55,043 nt of DNA from Nitrospiria bacterium (GTDB taxonomy: Bacteria; Nitrospirota; Nitrospiria; JACQBW01), in NCBI GenBank assembly GCA_041486115.1, contig JBGPKT010000002.1, positions 1-55,043 of the forward strand, given 5' to 3'. The translations under genes were made by a program, and so were the position numbers. A model generated the notes under the pieces. The model ran no database searches. It saw only the letters and a program-made list of their open reading frames with translations, and was not told the DNA's origin. Positions 1 through 8,856 of the stretch are shown here, piece by piece (the first letter of the stretch is position 1; each line of letters opens with the position of its first letter).

Positions 1-465
1 GATAAAGGGGGCTATGCCAAACAGCTTTCAGAAGATTTTTATAATAAAGAGGTCGAGTTAATCAAAAAACATGCGATTACCTCGGATGTGGTCATTACCA
101 CGGCTCAGATCTATGGGAAAAAAGCCCCCATTTTGATTCCTGAATCGACGGTCAAAGAAATGAAAAAGGGTTCCTGCATCATTGATCTTGCGATAGAGCA
201 GGGGGGGAATTGCGAATTAAGCGAGGCGGGAAAAGAGGTGGTGAAACATGGGGTCATCATCAACGGGTTTACGAATGTTCCGAGTTCCCTTCCGGTTCAT
301 GCCAGCCAGATGTATTCCCGGAACATCGAGAAGTTTCTTTTCCATATAACGGATGAAAAAGGGTTTAAGTTCGACTTGAATGATGAAATTACGCGGGGAG
401 CGATCATTACCCATAAAGGGGAAATCCTGCACCCCCAGGTGAAAGAGGCTCTGGCAGCCAAATAA
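1..465 (+). CDS. pntAA: NAD(P) transhydrogenase subunit alpha part 1 (PntAA), 5'-truncated at window edge
   Basis: Frame 1 is open from nt 1 (DKGGYAKQLSEDF...). The C-terminal dI-domain sequence reads VVITTAQIYGKKAPILI...IIDLAIEQGGNCE...SLPVHASQMYSRNI. It is followed directly by pntAB and pntB. Confidence 0.85.
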   Translation, partial: DKGGYAKQLSEDFYNKEVELIKKHAITSDVVITTAQIYGKKAPILIPESTVKEMKKGSCIIDLAIEQGGNCELSEAGKEVVKHGVIINGFTNVPSSLPVHASQMYSRNIEKFLFHITDEKGFKFDLNDEITRGAIITHKGEILHPQVKEALAAK

Positions 466-502
466 ATCTTTTTTAATCGGTTTGTTGAGAAAGGGAAGGA
501 AT

Positions 503-790
503 ATGTTATCGCCTTTTATGGTTGATGTTTATGTACTGATGCTGGCGGGATTCGTCGGGTTTGAACTGATTCGGAAGGTTCCCCCGACGCTCCATACGCC
601 ATTGATGTCGGGAACCAATGCCATTACCGGGATTTCTCTGGTGGGAGCCCTTGTGGCGGCCGGCCATCAAGGAGGGACCGTCGCTAAAATCCTGGGGTTG
701 CTTGCCGTGATTTCCGCGAGCATCAACGTTGTCGGGGGGTTCATGCTGACCGACCGTATGTTAAAAATGTTTAAGAAGAAGGAAAAATAA
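503..790 (+). CDS. pntAB: NAD(P) transhydrogenase subunit alpha part 2 (PntAB), small membrane subunit
   Basis: Hydrophobic protein of about 95 aa (MLSPFMVDVYVLMLAGFVGFELI...TNAITGISLVGAL). ATG 503 follows a GGGAAGGA SD, so the ORF-track TTG at 482 is probably too far upstream. Position between pntAA and pntB fits. Confidence 0.85.
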   Translation: MLSPFMVDVYVLMLAGFVGFELIRKVPPTLHTPLMSGTNAITGISLVGALVAAGHQGGTVAKILGLLAVISASINVVGGFMLTDRMLKMFKKKEK

Positions 791-795
791 AGAAT

Positions 796-2178
796 ATGAC
801 AAACCAGGTTATTGATATTGTTTACCTGATCTCGTCGGCTTTAGTTATTTTTGGAATAAAAAAATTAAATTCTCCCGATACCGCCCGGGCGGGAAATCTT
901 TTCTCGACGCTCGCTATTTTTCTTGCGGTCGTGGTGACCCTCCTGAACAAGGAAATCGTCCAGTTCCATACGATTCTCATAGGCGTCGCCATCGGGTCGG
1001 CGATCGGTGTGGTCTTTGCCAGAACCGTTAAAATGACCCAAATGCCTGAAATGATCGCCATGTTAAATGGGTTCGGGAGCATCTCGTCCGCTTTAATCGG
1101 GATTACAGAATTTTACCGTACTTTTCCCAACCCGAGCGGGTTTGATATTACCGCCATTGTTCTTTCGGCCATCGTGGGAACCAGCACTTTTTCGGGAAGT
1201 ATTATCGCGTATGCCAAATTACGGGAACTGATGACCGGCAAGGCGATCTTATATAAATTTCAACATCCCCTGAATTTGCTTATGTTTTTAGCCATCATCG
1301 GCTTTTCGATTTATCTTCCCTATCATCCCGAAAGCAATGTGTCGTTTATCATGATCAACATTCTTTCGCTGGTGCTGGGAGTCACCCTGGTCCTTCCCAT
1401 CGGCGGGGCCGATATGCCGGTGGTCATTGCCCTCCATAACTCTTATTCTGGAATTGCCGTTCTGGTAACCGGATTTTTATTTAACAACAATGTGTTGATT
1501 ATCATCGGATCTCTGGTCGGCTCTTCGGGGATGATCTTAACCTATATTATGTGCAAAGGGATGAACCGGTCGGTGATTAATGTCATGTTCGGCGCGGTCG
1601 CGACGGACAATACGCCGCGAACGACCGATGGCCAGCCTGCCAGGCGGAGCGCAGTGAAAGAATATTCGATAGAGGATGCCATCACCGTTTTACAGAACTG
1701 CCGGTCATTGATCGTGGTTCCCGGGTATGGATTGGCGGCCGCCCAGGCCCAGCATGCCGTCCGAGAACTGGGAGATCTACTCGAAGAACGGGGCGTTTCG
1801 GTGAAATATGCCATTCATCCAGTGGCAGGAAGAATGCCCGGTCACATGAATGTGCTTCTGGCCGAGGCGAATGTCCCCTATCCCCAGCTTTATGATATGG
1901 ATGAGATCAACGGCGAATTTTCAAAAACGGATGTTTCTCTGGTGATCGGCGCCAACGATGTCGTGAATCCGGCGGCTAAAAACTCCCCCAGCAGTCCGAT
2001 TTACGGAATGCCGATCCTTGATGTGGAGAGCACCAAAACGGTGATTGTTCTCAAGCGAAGCATGAATCCGGGATTTGCCGGAATAGAAAATGAACTCTTT
2101 GAACGGCAGAATACCATGATGGTATTTGGAGATGCCAAAAAGACGGTCAACGAGTTCATCAAAGGGATCAAAGAATAA
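796..2178 (+). CDS. pntB: NAD(P) transhydrogenase subunit beta (PntB)
   Basis: 460 aa. The N-half is multi-TM and the C-terminal half is the NADP(H)-binding dIII domain (VVPGYGLAAAQAQH, GANDVVNPAA, YGMPIL). Confidence 0.92.
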   Translation: MTNQVIDIVYLISSALVIFGIKKLNSPDTARAGNLFSTLAIFLAVVVTLLNKEIVQFHTILIGVAIGSAIGVVFARTVKMTQMPEMIAMLNGFGSISSALIGITEFYRTFPNPSGFDITAIVLSAIVGTSTFSGSIIAYAKLRELMTGKAILYKFQHPLNLLMFLAIIGFSIYLPYHPESNVSFIMINILSLVLGVTLVLPIGGADMPVVIALHNSYSGIAVLVTGFLFNNNVLIIIGSLVGSSGMILTYIMCKGMNRSVINVMFGAVATDNTPRTTDGQPARRSAVKEYSIEDAITVLQNCRSLIVVPGYGLAAAQAQHAVRELGDLLEERGVSVKYAIHPVAGRMPGHMNVLLAEANVPYPQLYDMDEINGEFSKTDVSLVIGANDVVNPAAKNSPSSPIYGMPILDVESTKTVIVLKRSMNPGFAGIENELFERQNTMMVFGDAKKTVNEFIKGIKE

Positions 2179-2211
2179 GCGAGTCGGACATCTCATAACA
2201 AGGAGCAGAAA

Positions 2212-2658
2212 ATGAAAGTGATTTTAAAGGAAGATATCGACAATCTGGGGAAAATGGGAACCTTGCTCGATGTGAAAGATGGTTATGCCCGGAATTTCCT
2301 GATTCCCCAGCAGAAGGCCATTTTAGCAACCGATAAGAACGCCAAAGAATTAGAGCACGTCAAAAAGATGATCGAATCCAAACTTAAAAAGGTCAAGAAA
2401 GAAGCGGAGGGCCTCGGCGAGAAAATAGAGTCTCTAACGCTTCATATTCCTGTTCAGGCGGGAGAAGGGGATAAAATTTTCGGATCGGTGACATCGCAGG
2501 ATATCGCGGATGCCCTCGAAAGAGCCGCTGTGACGATCGATAAAAAGAAGATTATGCTCGAAAAGCCGCTCAAAGAACTTGGGATCTTTCCGGTTCCGAT
2601 CAAGATCCATTCAGAAATCATCGTACATGTTAAGGTTTCTGTCGAAAAGGCCCCTTGA
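2212..2658 (+). CDS. rplI: 50S ribosomal protein L9
   Basis: 148 aa starting MKVILKEDIDNLGKMGTLLDVKDGYARNFLIPQQKA, a typical L9 N-domain. An AGGAGC SD lies upstream. Confidence 0.95.
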   Translation: MKVILKEDIDNLGKMGTLLDVKDGYARNFLIPQQKAILATDKNAKELEHVKKMIESKLKKVKKEAEGLGEKIESLTLHIPVQAGEGDKIFGSVTSQDIADALERAAVTIDKKKIMLEKPLKELGIFPVPIKIHSEIIVHVKVSVEKAP

Positions 2659-2678
2659 GTTTTGAACGGTCGATGACC

Positions 2679-3338
2679 TTATTCGTTCCTGGTTTCTGAA
2701 GGCGGTGTCGGAGGGCAGGGAATGACGGGGAATGGAGAAATACCCTGTCTTACCCCTAATCCCGGCAGGAGCTTCCGATCTGTGGATCGGTCGGTCCCAA
2801 GACCGGATGGATCGGTCGATCCCAAGACCGGAAGAATGGGGGTTGTAATCCCCCGAGCGGTTAAAAGTAAAGGGTTGACCACAAAAAGCCATTCCCGATA
2901 TTCCGTTTTTCCTTCGAAACAACGGTCCAGTCCCTTAAAATTTGCGGTTTTTAGCGGTTTATCTTTGCTCTTGCTCCGGACTCCGATGATTCCCCCTGAT
3001 GCGCCATCCATGATTAAATCCCACTCCTCATTATTGACCGGGTCCTTGTATAATTTTCGGAGATACCGGACGGGTTGAGGCGTCCGCGGATCTTTAACCA
3101 GATTGTCCAAAGAGTGCGGGTATCTTCTTAAAGGATCGCCGCTGACATATTGCGCGATAGCAGACCGGATGGCATTTCCCCTGAATAACAGTTCTTTTTC
3201 TTTTTCCCTCTTGGAAATTGTTTTCCATTGATAGGCGGTGACCGAAAGGGAAATCCCGACAATCATGACCATCGCCATGACGGCTAAAAAGGTAAACCCC
3301 CTGTTTGGTCCAACCATTTTTCGGGGATTCGGCGTCAT
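2679..3338 (-). CDS. GspG-like pseudopilin / prepilin-type N-terminal domain protein with atypical +5 residue and repeat-derived C-terminal tail
   Basis: Class III signal-like N-terminus ...MVGPNRG/FTFLAVMAMVMIVGISL, with Ala instead of Glu at +5. The body carries a GspG-like RYLRKLYKDPV..W motif. The ATG overlaps the rhodanese stop (ATGA). The last ~60 codons run through a REP-like repeat, so the true C-terminus is uncertain. An alternative start at Met8 (nt 3317) gives a 7-aa leader. Confidence 0.6.
   Translation of the reverse strand: MTPNPRKMVGPNRGFTFLAVMAMVMIVGISLSVTAYQWKTISKREKEKELLFRGNAIRSAIAQYVSGDPLRRYPHSLDNLVKDPRTPQPVRYLRKLYKDPVNNEEWDLIMDGASGGIIGVRSKSKDKPLKTANFKGLDRCFEGKTEYREWLFVVNPLLLTARGITTPILPVLGSTDPSGLGTDRSTDRKLLPGLGVRQGISPFPVIPCPPTPPSETRNE
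2772..2831 (-). repeat. REP-like palindromic repeat, locus 1 (one full unit plus a partial tandem unit)
   Basis: The reverse complement ATCCGGTCTTGGGACCGACCGATCCACAGATCGGAAG matches locus 2 at about 33 of 37 positions. It contains the palindrome GGATCG-GT-CGATCC. It lies at a convergent gene junction (rplI / pseudopilin-like gene). Confidence 0.7.
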
Positions 3339-3727
3339 GGAGTCTTCTTTTCAACTTCTCCCTGCCACTTCTTCATGCCGCCTTTGAGATTATAGACGTC
3401 CTGATATGCATTCTTGACAAGGAGACTTCCCAGTTCATGGCCCATCGGTCCGCCATGGCAAACAAATACAATGCGGTCATCGGAAAAAAGCTCGTTAAAT
3501 ATTCTGGGCCTGGCCGTGCCATACGGAATATTGATAGCGCTCTTGATATGGGCTCCCGCAAATTCTTCAGGCTCCCTCACGTCTACGATCACCAGCCGTT
3601 TGCCATCAGACATCAGGGCCTCCAGCTCCCTGCCGTCAATTTCCTTAAGGCCCCCGGCAACGGATAAAGATGCCGTTAACGCAATTCCTAAAAACAGACC
3701 GAACCCGGCAAATAACCATTTTTTCAT
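3335..3727 (-). CDS. Secreted single-domain rhodanese (sulfurtransferase)-like protein
   Basis: Signal peptide MKKWLFAGFGLFLGIALTASLSVAG. Rhodanese fold motifs VIVDVREPEEFAGAHIKSAINIP and active-site loop FVCHGGPMG. ATG 3727 is preceded by a GAGGTG SD, so the ORF-track start at 3778 is probably too long. Confidence 0.8.
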   Translation of the reverse strand: MKKWLFAGFGLFLGIALTASLSVAGGLKEIDGRELEALMSDGKRLVIVDVREPEEFAGAHIKSAINIPYGTARPRIFNELFSDDRIVFVCHGGPMGHELGSLLVKNAYQDVYNLKGGMKKWQGEVEKKTP

Positions 3728-3854
3728 CAGAGACACCTCTAGATCGTTTTTAATTTTGTTTTGGACTTTTTCCCTCATTTCTTTTTAAAATAGTAAAGGG
3801 ATTTTCCCGGTTATTCAATCTTAAAATATGAAAAAACCTGAACAGAACAAAAAT

Positions 3855-5300
3855 TTAACCGGATGGTTTAGCCGATTGTGACATGAAGTCAATGAGCCAT
3901 TTAATCCATTTTCTTCCGCGATAAGGGGGCCTTAACAAGAAGATCGGATTCCACCGGGATTGTAGGAAAACCCCCTTTTTCCTGGAAAAAGTTTCAAATC
4001 CTTCCTTCCCGTGATAATGCCCGATCCCACTTGCCCCAACCCCGCCGAAAGGGAGATCATTTTGACCTATATGGAAAATGGAGTCGTTAATCGTAACCCC
4101 TCCGGAGAGGGTCTCACTTAATATCCGTTTAATTCGTTTCCGGTTATAATCAAAATAGTATAGAGCTAAAGGTTTTGGCCTCCGGTTTATGTATTCGATG
4201 GCTTCATCAAGGGATTGATACGGAATAACCGGCAGAAAGGGTCCGAAAATTTCTTCCTGGACTACCTTCATTGAAGGCTTTGTTCCCAGAATCAAAAGGG
4301 GCGCGATTTTCCTTGAGCCCGGCCCGGAAAGGGTCTTTTCGGGGTTAAGGTCAACAATAGACGCGCCCTGGTCGATGGCATCCTGCAAATAGGATTTTAG
4401 CCGTAAGTAATGGTGATGATTGATAATAGAACTGTAATCCGGATTTTCCCAAATTTCAGGATAGCTTTTAGCAATTTCTTTCCTGGAGGCATCAACGAAT
4501 GCCAGGACTTTGTTTTCCGGTAAAAGGACATAATCCGGAGCGATACAGGTTTGTCCGGCATTGATTGATTTTCCGAACATGATTCGCTCCGCCGCTTTTC
4601 CCACGGGAAAATCGGGGCCGATAACAGCAGGAGACTTTCCTCCCAATTCAAGGGTAAGGGGAGTCAGGTTTTCGCCTGCGGCCTTCATCACCATCCTTCC
4701 GACGGCTGTTGATCCGGTAAAAAGCAAATGATTAAAGGGTAAATTTGAGAAAGCTTTTCCTATATCCGGTCCGCCGTTAATGACCGAGATCTGCTCTTCA
4801 GGAAAATATTGGCCGATCAATGCGGCGAATAAGCCGCCGAATCGAGGTATGTTTTCCGACATTTTAATCATGACCCGGTTGCCCGCGGCCAGAGCATAAA
4901 CGAGGGGAACCATCGCGAGGTAAAGAGGGTAATTCCATGGAGTGATGATTCCAACTACTCCAAGGGGTTGTTTGATGATCATCGCCCTCCCGGGGATAAA
5001 CCATCTGGAAACGCGCCTCCGTTCAGGTTTCATCCATTTTTCGAGATGAGTCGTAACATAACGTATCGTTTCTAATGAGGGAAATATTTCGAGTAAACGG
5101 GTTTCATCCGTTGAACGATGGCCAAAATCTGCCGATATGGCTTGAGCCATATCATCTGAATGTTTTATAAGAATCCGGCGAAGGTTTTTCAGAAGGGTTA
5201 AACGGCTGGCATAGGATAAGCATGGTGCCTTATGAAAAGCATTTTTTTGGCGCTCAAAAATGGTGATGAAAGGATTATATGGGATCTCCGGCAACGTCAA
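3855..5300 (-). CDS. Aldehyde dehydrogenase family protein (class-3 / coniferyl-aldehyde DH-like)
   Basis: 481 aa with the ALDH signatures LELGGKSP, catalytic Cys context GQTCIAPDY and EEIFGP. TTG start is preceded by a GGGAGGTG SD. Confidence 0.88.
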   Translation of the reverse strand: MTLPEIPYNPFITIFERQKNAFHKAPCLSYASRLTLLKNLRRILIKHSDDMAQAISADFGHRSTDETRLLEIFPSLETIRYVTTHLEKWMKPERRRVSRWFIPGRAMIIKQPLGVVGIITPWNYPLYLAMVPLVYALAAGNRVMIKMSENIPRFGGLFAALIGQYFPEEQISVINGGPDIGKAFSNLPFNHLLFTGSTAVGRMVMKAAGENLTPLTLELGGKSPAVIGPDFPVGKAAERIMFGKSINAGQTCIAPDYVLLPENKVLAFVDASRKEIAKSYPEIWENPDYSSIINHHHYLRLKSYLQDAIDQGASIVDLNPEKTLSGPGSRKIAPLLILGTKPSMKVVQEEIFGPFLPVIPYQSLDEAIEYINRRPKPLALYYFDYNRKRIKRILSETLSGGVTINDSIFHIGQNDLPFGGVGASGIGHYHGKEGFETFSRKKGVFLQSRWNPIFLLRPPYRGRKWIKWLIDFMSQSAKPSG

Positions 5301-5576
5301 AAGGCACCTCCCGAGCGTTTAGACTATGATTGCCATTAACCCGCCATGGCAGATGATGCCATATTGTAAGGAGTTTAAATATAATGAAAATCAGAAAATA
5401 ACGCAAATCCTTTGTCCGAATACCATAAATATGGGTTAAAGGATATAAAGAGCTTTCTTCTTTTCTCCGGTACTGGTTTTTTCCCCAATCAGAAAGGGAC
5501 AAGTAGAATTCAGTTTGAAAATTCATGCGGATAAGATAGATAATGGCTAAATCAAATGGATTGAAATTCGAGGAAA

Positions 5577-7292
5577 ATGATGATGAACCATCTTAAGACG
5601 ATTTGGATTGTCACTATTTTATTAACGGGGGGACTGATAGGGATCTCGCCAACACCGGTTTCAGGGGAGGGTGAGATCCCTAATCCTTTTGGCGGAGTGC
5701 GTCTTTCACGGTTAAGCTTAATCGAGGGAGAGGTTCAGTTGCAGCGGGGGAATGATGAGGAGTGGTTCTCGGCAGCCGTCAATATGCCGCTTCGGCCTTA
5801 TGACAAAATCTGGGCAAGCGACGGAGCGCGGACCGAAGTCCAGTTTGATGATGGGACAATGGTCCGCCTAGCGGAAAATACCAGCCTGGATCTCTTGAAT
5901 CTGGCCCCGGGGAGAATCCATCTTCAACTCACCCTGGGCGTGGCGAATATCATCGTCCATTCCGTTTCCGGCGCCTCGCCGGAAGCGTTCTTTTTTGAAC
6001 TGAATACTCCTCAGGCTGACCTTCTGGTCAACAATTCCGCAAAGTTTCGCGTGAATGTGACTGAAGACGGGTCGACCGAAATCACCGTCAGGGAAGGGGA
6101 GATCAGGCTCAGCAGCGATGAAGAGCCGGTTGTCGTGGCCAGAGGACAGCGGGTGGTCATCGAAGGGAGTGAAAACCCCCGTTACCAGCTGGAATCAGCA
6201 GGACAGCCTGATGAATGGGACCGGTGGAATGAAATCCGGGATAGTGACATTGCCCGGGCTTTCAGCGGGAGATACCTTTCCCCCGATATTTCAATGGGGG
6301 TGCTGGAGTTAGACGCCTACGGCCAATGGGTTCTGGTCCCGGACTATGGGCGAGTTTGGATGCCCCGGGTGTCCGAGGGATGGGTCCCTTATTTCTCAGG
6401 CCGATGGGTCTGGATAGAACCCTGGGGATGGACTTGGGTCTCGTATGAACCCTGGGGGTGGATTCCGTACCACTACGGCCGCTGGGTGATGGTTTCCCAA
6501 GGATGGGTCTGGGTGCCAGGTTCGCGGACGGAGGTCTGGACGCCCGGAAGCGTTCGGTTTATCCAGGGACCCGACTGGGTCGCCTGGGTGCCTCTTGCGC
6601 CAGGCGAGAGGTATTATTATAACCCCGGGAGATCGGTTCGCGTCGATAGACGCCTCATCAACTATCGAGTGCCGGGCGCTGTGACGGTACTTCCTCGCCT
6701 GACCTTTATTACCGGCAATCCGGGTCACAGGAAGTTTACTCCGCCCGCAGACCCGGTCCGGTCAGGCCGGATCGTTGCCGGCCCCCCTCCGGTGCTGCCA
6801 ACCCAATCGAGTCTTCGGCCAAAAATGGGCGAAGGAACAGGTTCAAAATTCCAGCCCCCGCGGGTCATTAACCGGCCTGTGGTTTACCATAATCCGGCGC
6901 CCGCTCCGCCCGCCCGGTTTGAAGACCGGGTCAATAAGCTTCACGAGGTGATCCTGCAGGGACGTCCGCCTGTTGCGGATACGCAGGGATTCCGCATAGA
7001 AAAAAATCTGCCTCGAGTGGATGAAGACCGGCGCCTTCCCGAAAGAATCCGAAAAGATATTATTATTCATAAATCGATTAGAGACCCGGTAAGAGAAATC
7101 CCCCGTTCTTTGCCGCGGCCACCCTCCCTGGAGCGGGAGCAGGCGCGTATTCCAGGGGGAGGGAAAGAACACCGGCAACCTCAGCTCCCCAGGAATTTTG
7201 AATTGAAAAAGGAGGCTCCCGGACAACCGGAGAGAGCCAGGCCGCTTTATCGAAAGCCTCCGGAGCCTTCAAATTCGAGAGAGATAAAATAG
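5577..7292 (+). CDS. Secreted FecR-domain protein with Trp/Gly-rich (DUF6600-like) repeats and Pro/Arg-rich tail
   Basis: Signal peptide, then a FecR-like beta-rich region (GEVQLQRGNDEEW...TEVQFDDGTMVRLAENTSL). Next come repeats YGQWVLVPDYGRVWMP...GRWVWIEPWGWTWVSYEPWGWIPYHYGRWV, then a low-complexity P/R-rich C-terminus. Confidence 0.6.
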   Translation: MMMNHLKTIWIVTILLTGGLIGISPTPVSGEGEIPNPFGGVRLSRLSLIEGEVQLQRGNDEEWFSAAVNMPLRPYDKIWASDGARTEVQFDDGTMVRLAENTSLDLLNLAPGRIHLQLTLGVANIIVHSVSGASPEAFFFELNTPQADLLVNNSAKFRVNVTEDGSTEITVREGEIRLSSDEEPVVVARGQRVVIEGSENPRYQLESAGQPDEWDRWNEIRDSDIARAFSGRYLSPDISMGVLELDAYGQWVLVPDYGRVWMPRVSEGWVPYFSGRWVWIEPWGWTWVSYEPWGWIPYHYGRWVMVSQGWVWVPGSRTEVWTPGSVRFIQGPDWVAWVPLAPGERYYYNPGRSVRVDRRLINYRVPGAVTVLPRLTFITGNPGHRKFTPPADPVRSGRIVAGPPPVLPTQSSLRPKMGEGTGSKFQPPRVINRPVVYHNPAPAPPARFEDRVNKLHEVILQGRPPVADTQGFRIEKNLPRVDEDRRLPERIRKDIIIHKSIRDPVREIPRSLPRPPSLEREQARIPGGGKEHRQPQLPRNFELKKEAPGQPERARPLYRKPPEPSNSREIK

Positions 7293-7386
7293 ATTTCGGA
7301 TGTGTCTGATTCCCGGTTTGCAAACAGGATATCGATCTGTTAAAGTTTTGTTTTTAATACAGGGTTTGGAGGAAAAGGAGTTTCTT

Positions 7387-7896
7387 ATGAAATGTTATCA
7401 AACAATTCTCGTTGTATTATTGTTGCTGGTTTTTGCCGGCTCCGGCATTGCGGGAGAGAAAAAAACCCTTGCTGAGATCTGGCTGGCGCCCGAATATCAG
7501 AATGAACGGGAAAAAATCAAAGACCGCTTAAAATCAAGCCATATTACCCGTTCGACCATTCAGCTTTATAAGGTGGGCGTTCCCGCGGCGATTGTTGCGG
7601 TAGGAGAGAGTACTCCCGCCGAGGGTGGGCGGGTGGCCATTGAACTGGCCAGACAATATAACCGAAAAAAAGTGGAATACCTGATTCCGGAAGTCCTCCT
7701 TCCTGTGAATTATATCGCCGTCGGCACGTCTGCATACGATGAATCTGTTTTAATTCCCGTCGAGAGCGCCGACGTCGACCGGCTGGCCGACCCCTCTTTG
7801 TCTACAGAGGCGTTTCATCTGCTCTATCAAAAACTCACCCATGCCGATGAGTCTTACAAGAAAAACTATAAAAGAGGTTTCAATAATGAAAAGTAG
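7387..7896 (+). CDS. Hypothetical secreted protein
   Basis: ATG 7387 follows a GGAGGAAAAGGAG SD. Signal peptide MKCYQTILVVLLLLVFAGSGIAG. No family recognised. Confidence 0.55.
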   Translation: MKCYQTILVVLLLLVFAGSGIAGEKKTLAEIWLAPEYQNEREKIKDRLKSSHITRSTIQLYKVGVPAAIVAVGESTPAEGGRVAIELARQYNRKKVEYLIPEVLLPVNYIAVGTSAYDESVLIPVESADVDRLADPSLSTEAFHLLYQKLTHADESYKKNYKRGFNNEK

Positions 7897-7914
7897 CGGC
7901 AGGCCGGGGTTTTT

Positions 7915-8658
7915 CTATTCGAAGTTCAGGTCGAGCGAAAGCTCGGTTTTTTTATCCGGATAGATCGTGATCTCTTTTTCTTTGGCGGGGAGCCCTTCGT
8001 GCCAGACCTTGATTTTATATTTTCCGGGAGGGATGTCTGAAATTCTATAATTTCCGTCCTTGCGGGTGACGGCAACATAAGGGTTTTCTGTCACATAAAT
8101 CCACCCTTGCATAAACTTATGAGCGTCACATCGGGTGCTGATGACCCCTTTTTGCGCAATGGCTTTCTTGATGTTTTTTCCGCCCGGAGGCATGGCAATA
8201 TTCAACAGGGAGATCCCCTCCATGTGAAGGTGGGTATTATGGAGTACGAGATCTGAATTCCTGATTTCATAAGAATTGCCCACCATTCCAGTCTGAACAT
8301 GAGGCACAAAGTGGCAATGGCGATTTTCAATGATGAGGCTAGTGGAAGGTGGTTTTTTCCCTCGCGAAATATCTTCAATGCTGACGACCACGTTTTCCAG
8401 ACCTTTATTATCCCGGTTGATCAGAAACGTTTCCTCCTCTACCGTTGAACCGCAAAATTCGGGGTTGTTGACTACCTGATGAGATGGATTGGAAGGCAGG
8501 TTCCCCTTGAATTTAATCGTTCCAACAAGCTCCCCGCCTTGAGTGACAGGAACGACGTCGTACGCCAATAGACTTGGCAGGCCTCCAGACTCGGAGAATG
8601 TTCCGAAAGACAAAAATAAAATAAAAAAGGATCCTATCAACCATGTCTGTTTTAGCAT
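7915..8658 (-). CDS. Secreted cupredoxin-like (type-1 copper motif) protein with C-terminal carboxypeptidase-regulatory-like beta-sandwich
   Basis: Signal peptide present. The ligand-like pattern is LHNTH ... C-D-A-H-K-F-M-QGWIYV (C-x2-H-x2-M, amicyanin-like loop). The C-terminus DGNYRISDIPPGKYKIKVWHEG is typical of CarboxypepD_reg-like domains. Confidence 0.6.
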   Translation of the reverse strand: MLKQTWLIGSFFILFLSFGTFSESGGLPSLLAYDVVPVTQGGELVGTIKFKGNLPSNPSHQVVNNPEFCGSTVEEETFLINRDNKGLENVVVSIEDISRGKKPPSTSLIIENRHCHFVPHVQTGMVGNSYEIRNSDLVLHNTHLHMEGISLLNIAMPPGGKNIKKAIAQKGVISTRCDAHKFMQGWIYVTENPYVAVTRKDGNYRISDIPPGKYKIKVWHEGLPAKEKEITIYPDKKTELSLDLNFE

Positions 8659-8856
8659 CTGGTCACCTCGAACATAAAGACTACAATTATTCTGACGTTA
8701 ACATTTGATTAAAGTTTAACTCATAAATAGAATTTGTCAAATCAACTGCTCATTTTTTTTTGTTAAATGATATAAAGCAATATGATGTGATAATACCGTA
8801 ACATTGTTATTAAAATGAATATTGACATCAAACGTAAAAGTTTTAAGGAGGCGTTC

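Noticed and set aside
5384-5401. Five-codon mini-ORF MKIRK with an AAGGAG SD in the ALDH/FecR divergent region (possible leader peptide).
   Set aside because: No associated attenuator or anti-terminator structure is visible, and it is about 175 nt from the downstream gene. A chance SD-ATG in AT-rich DNA is likely.
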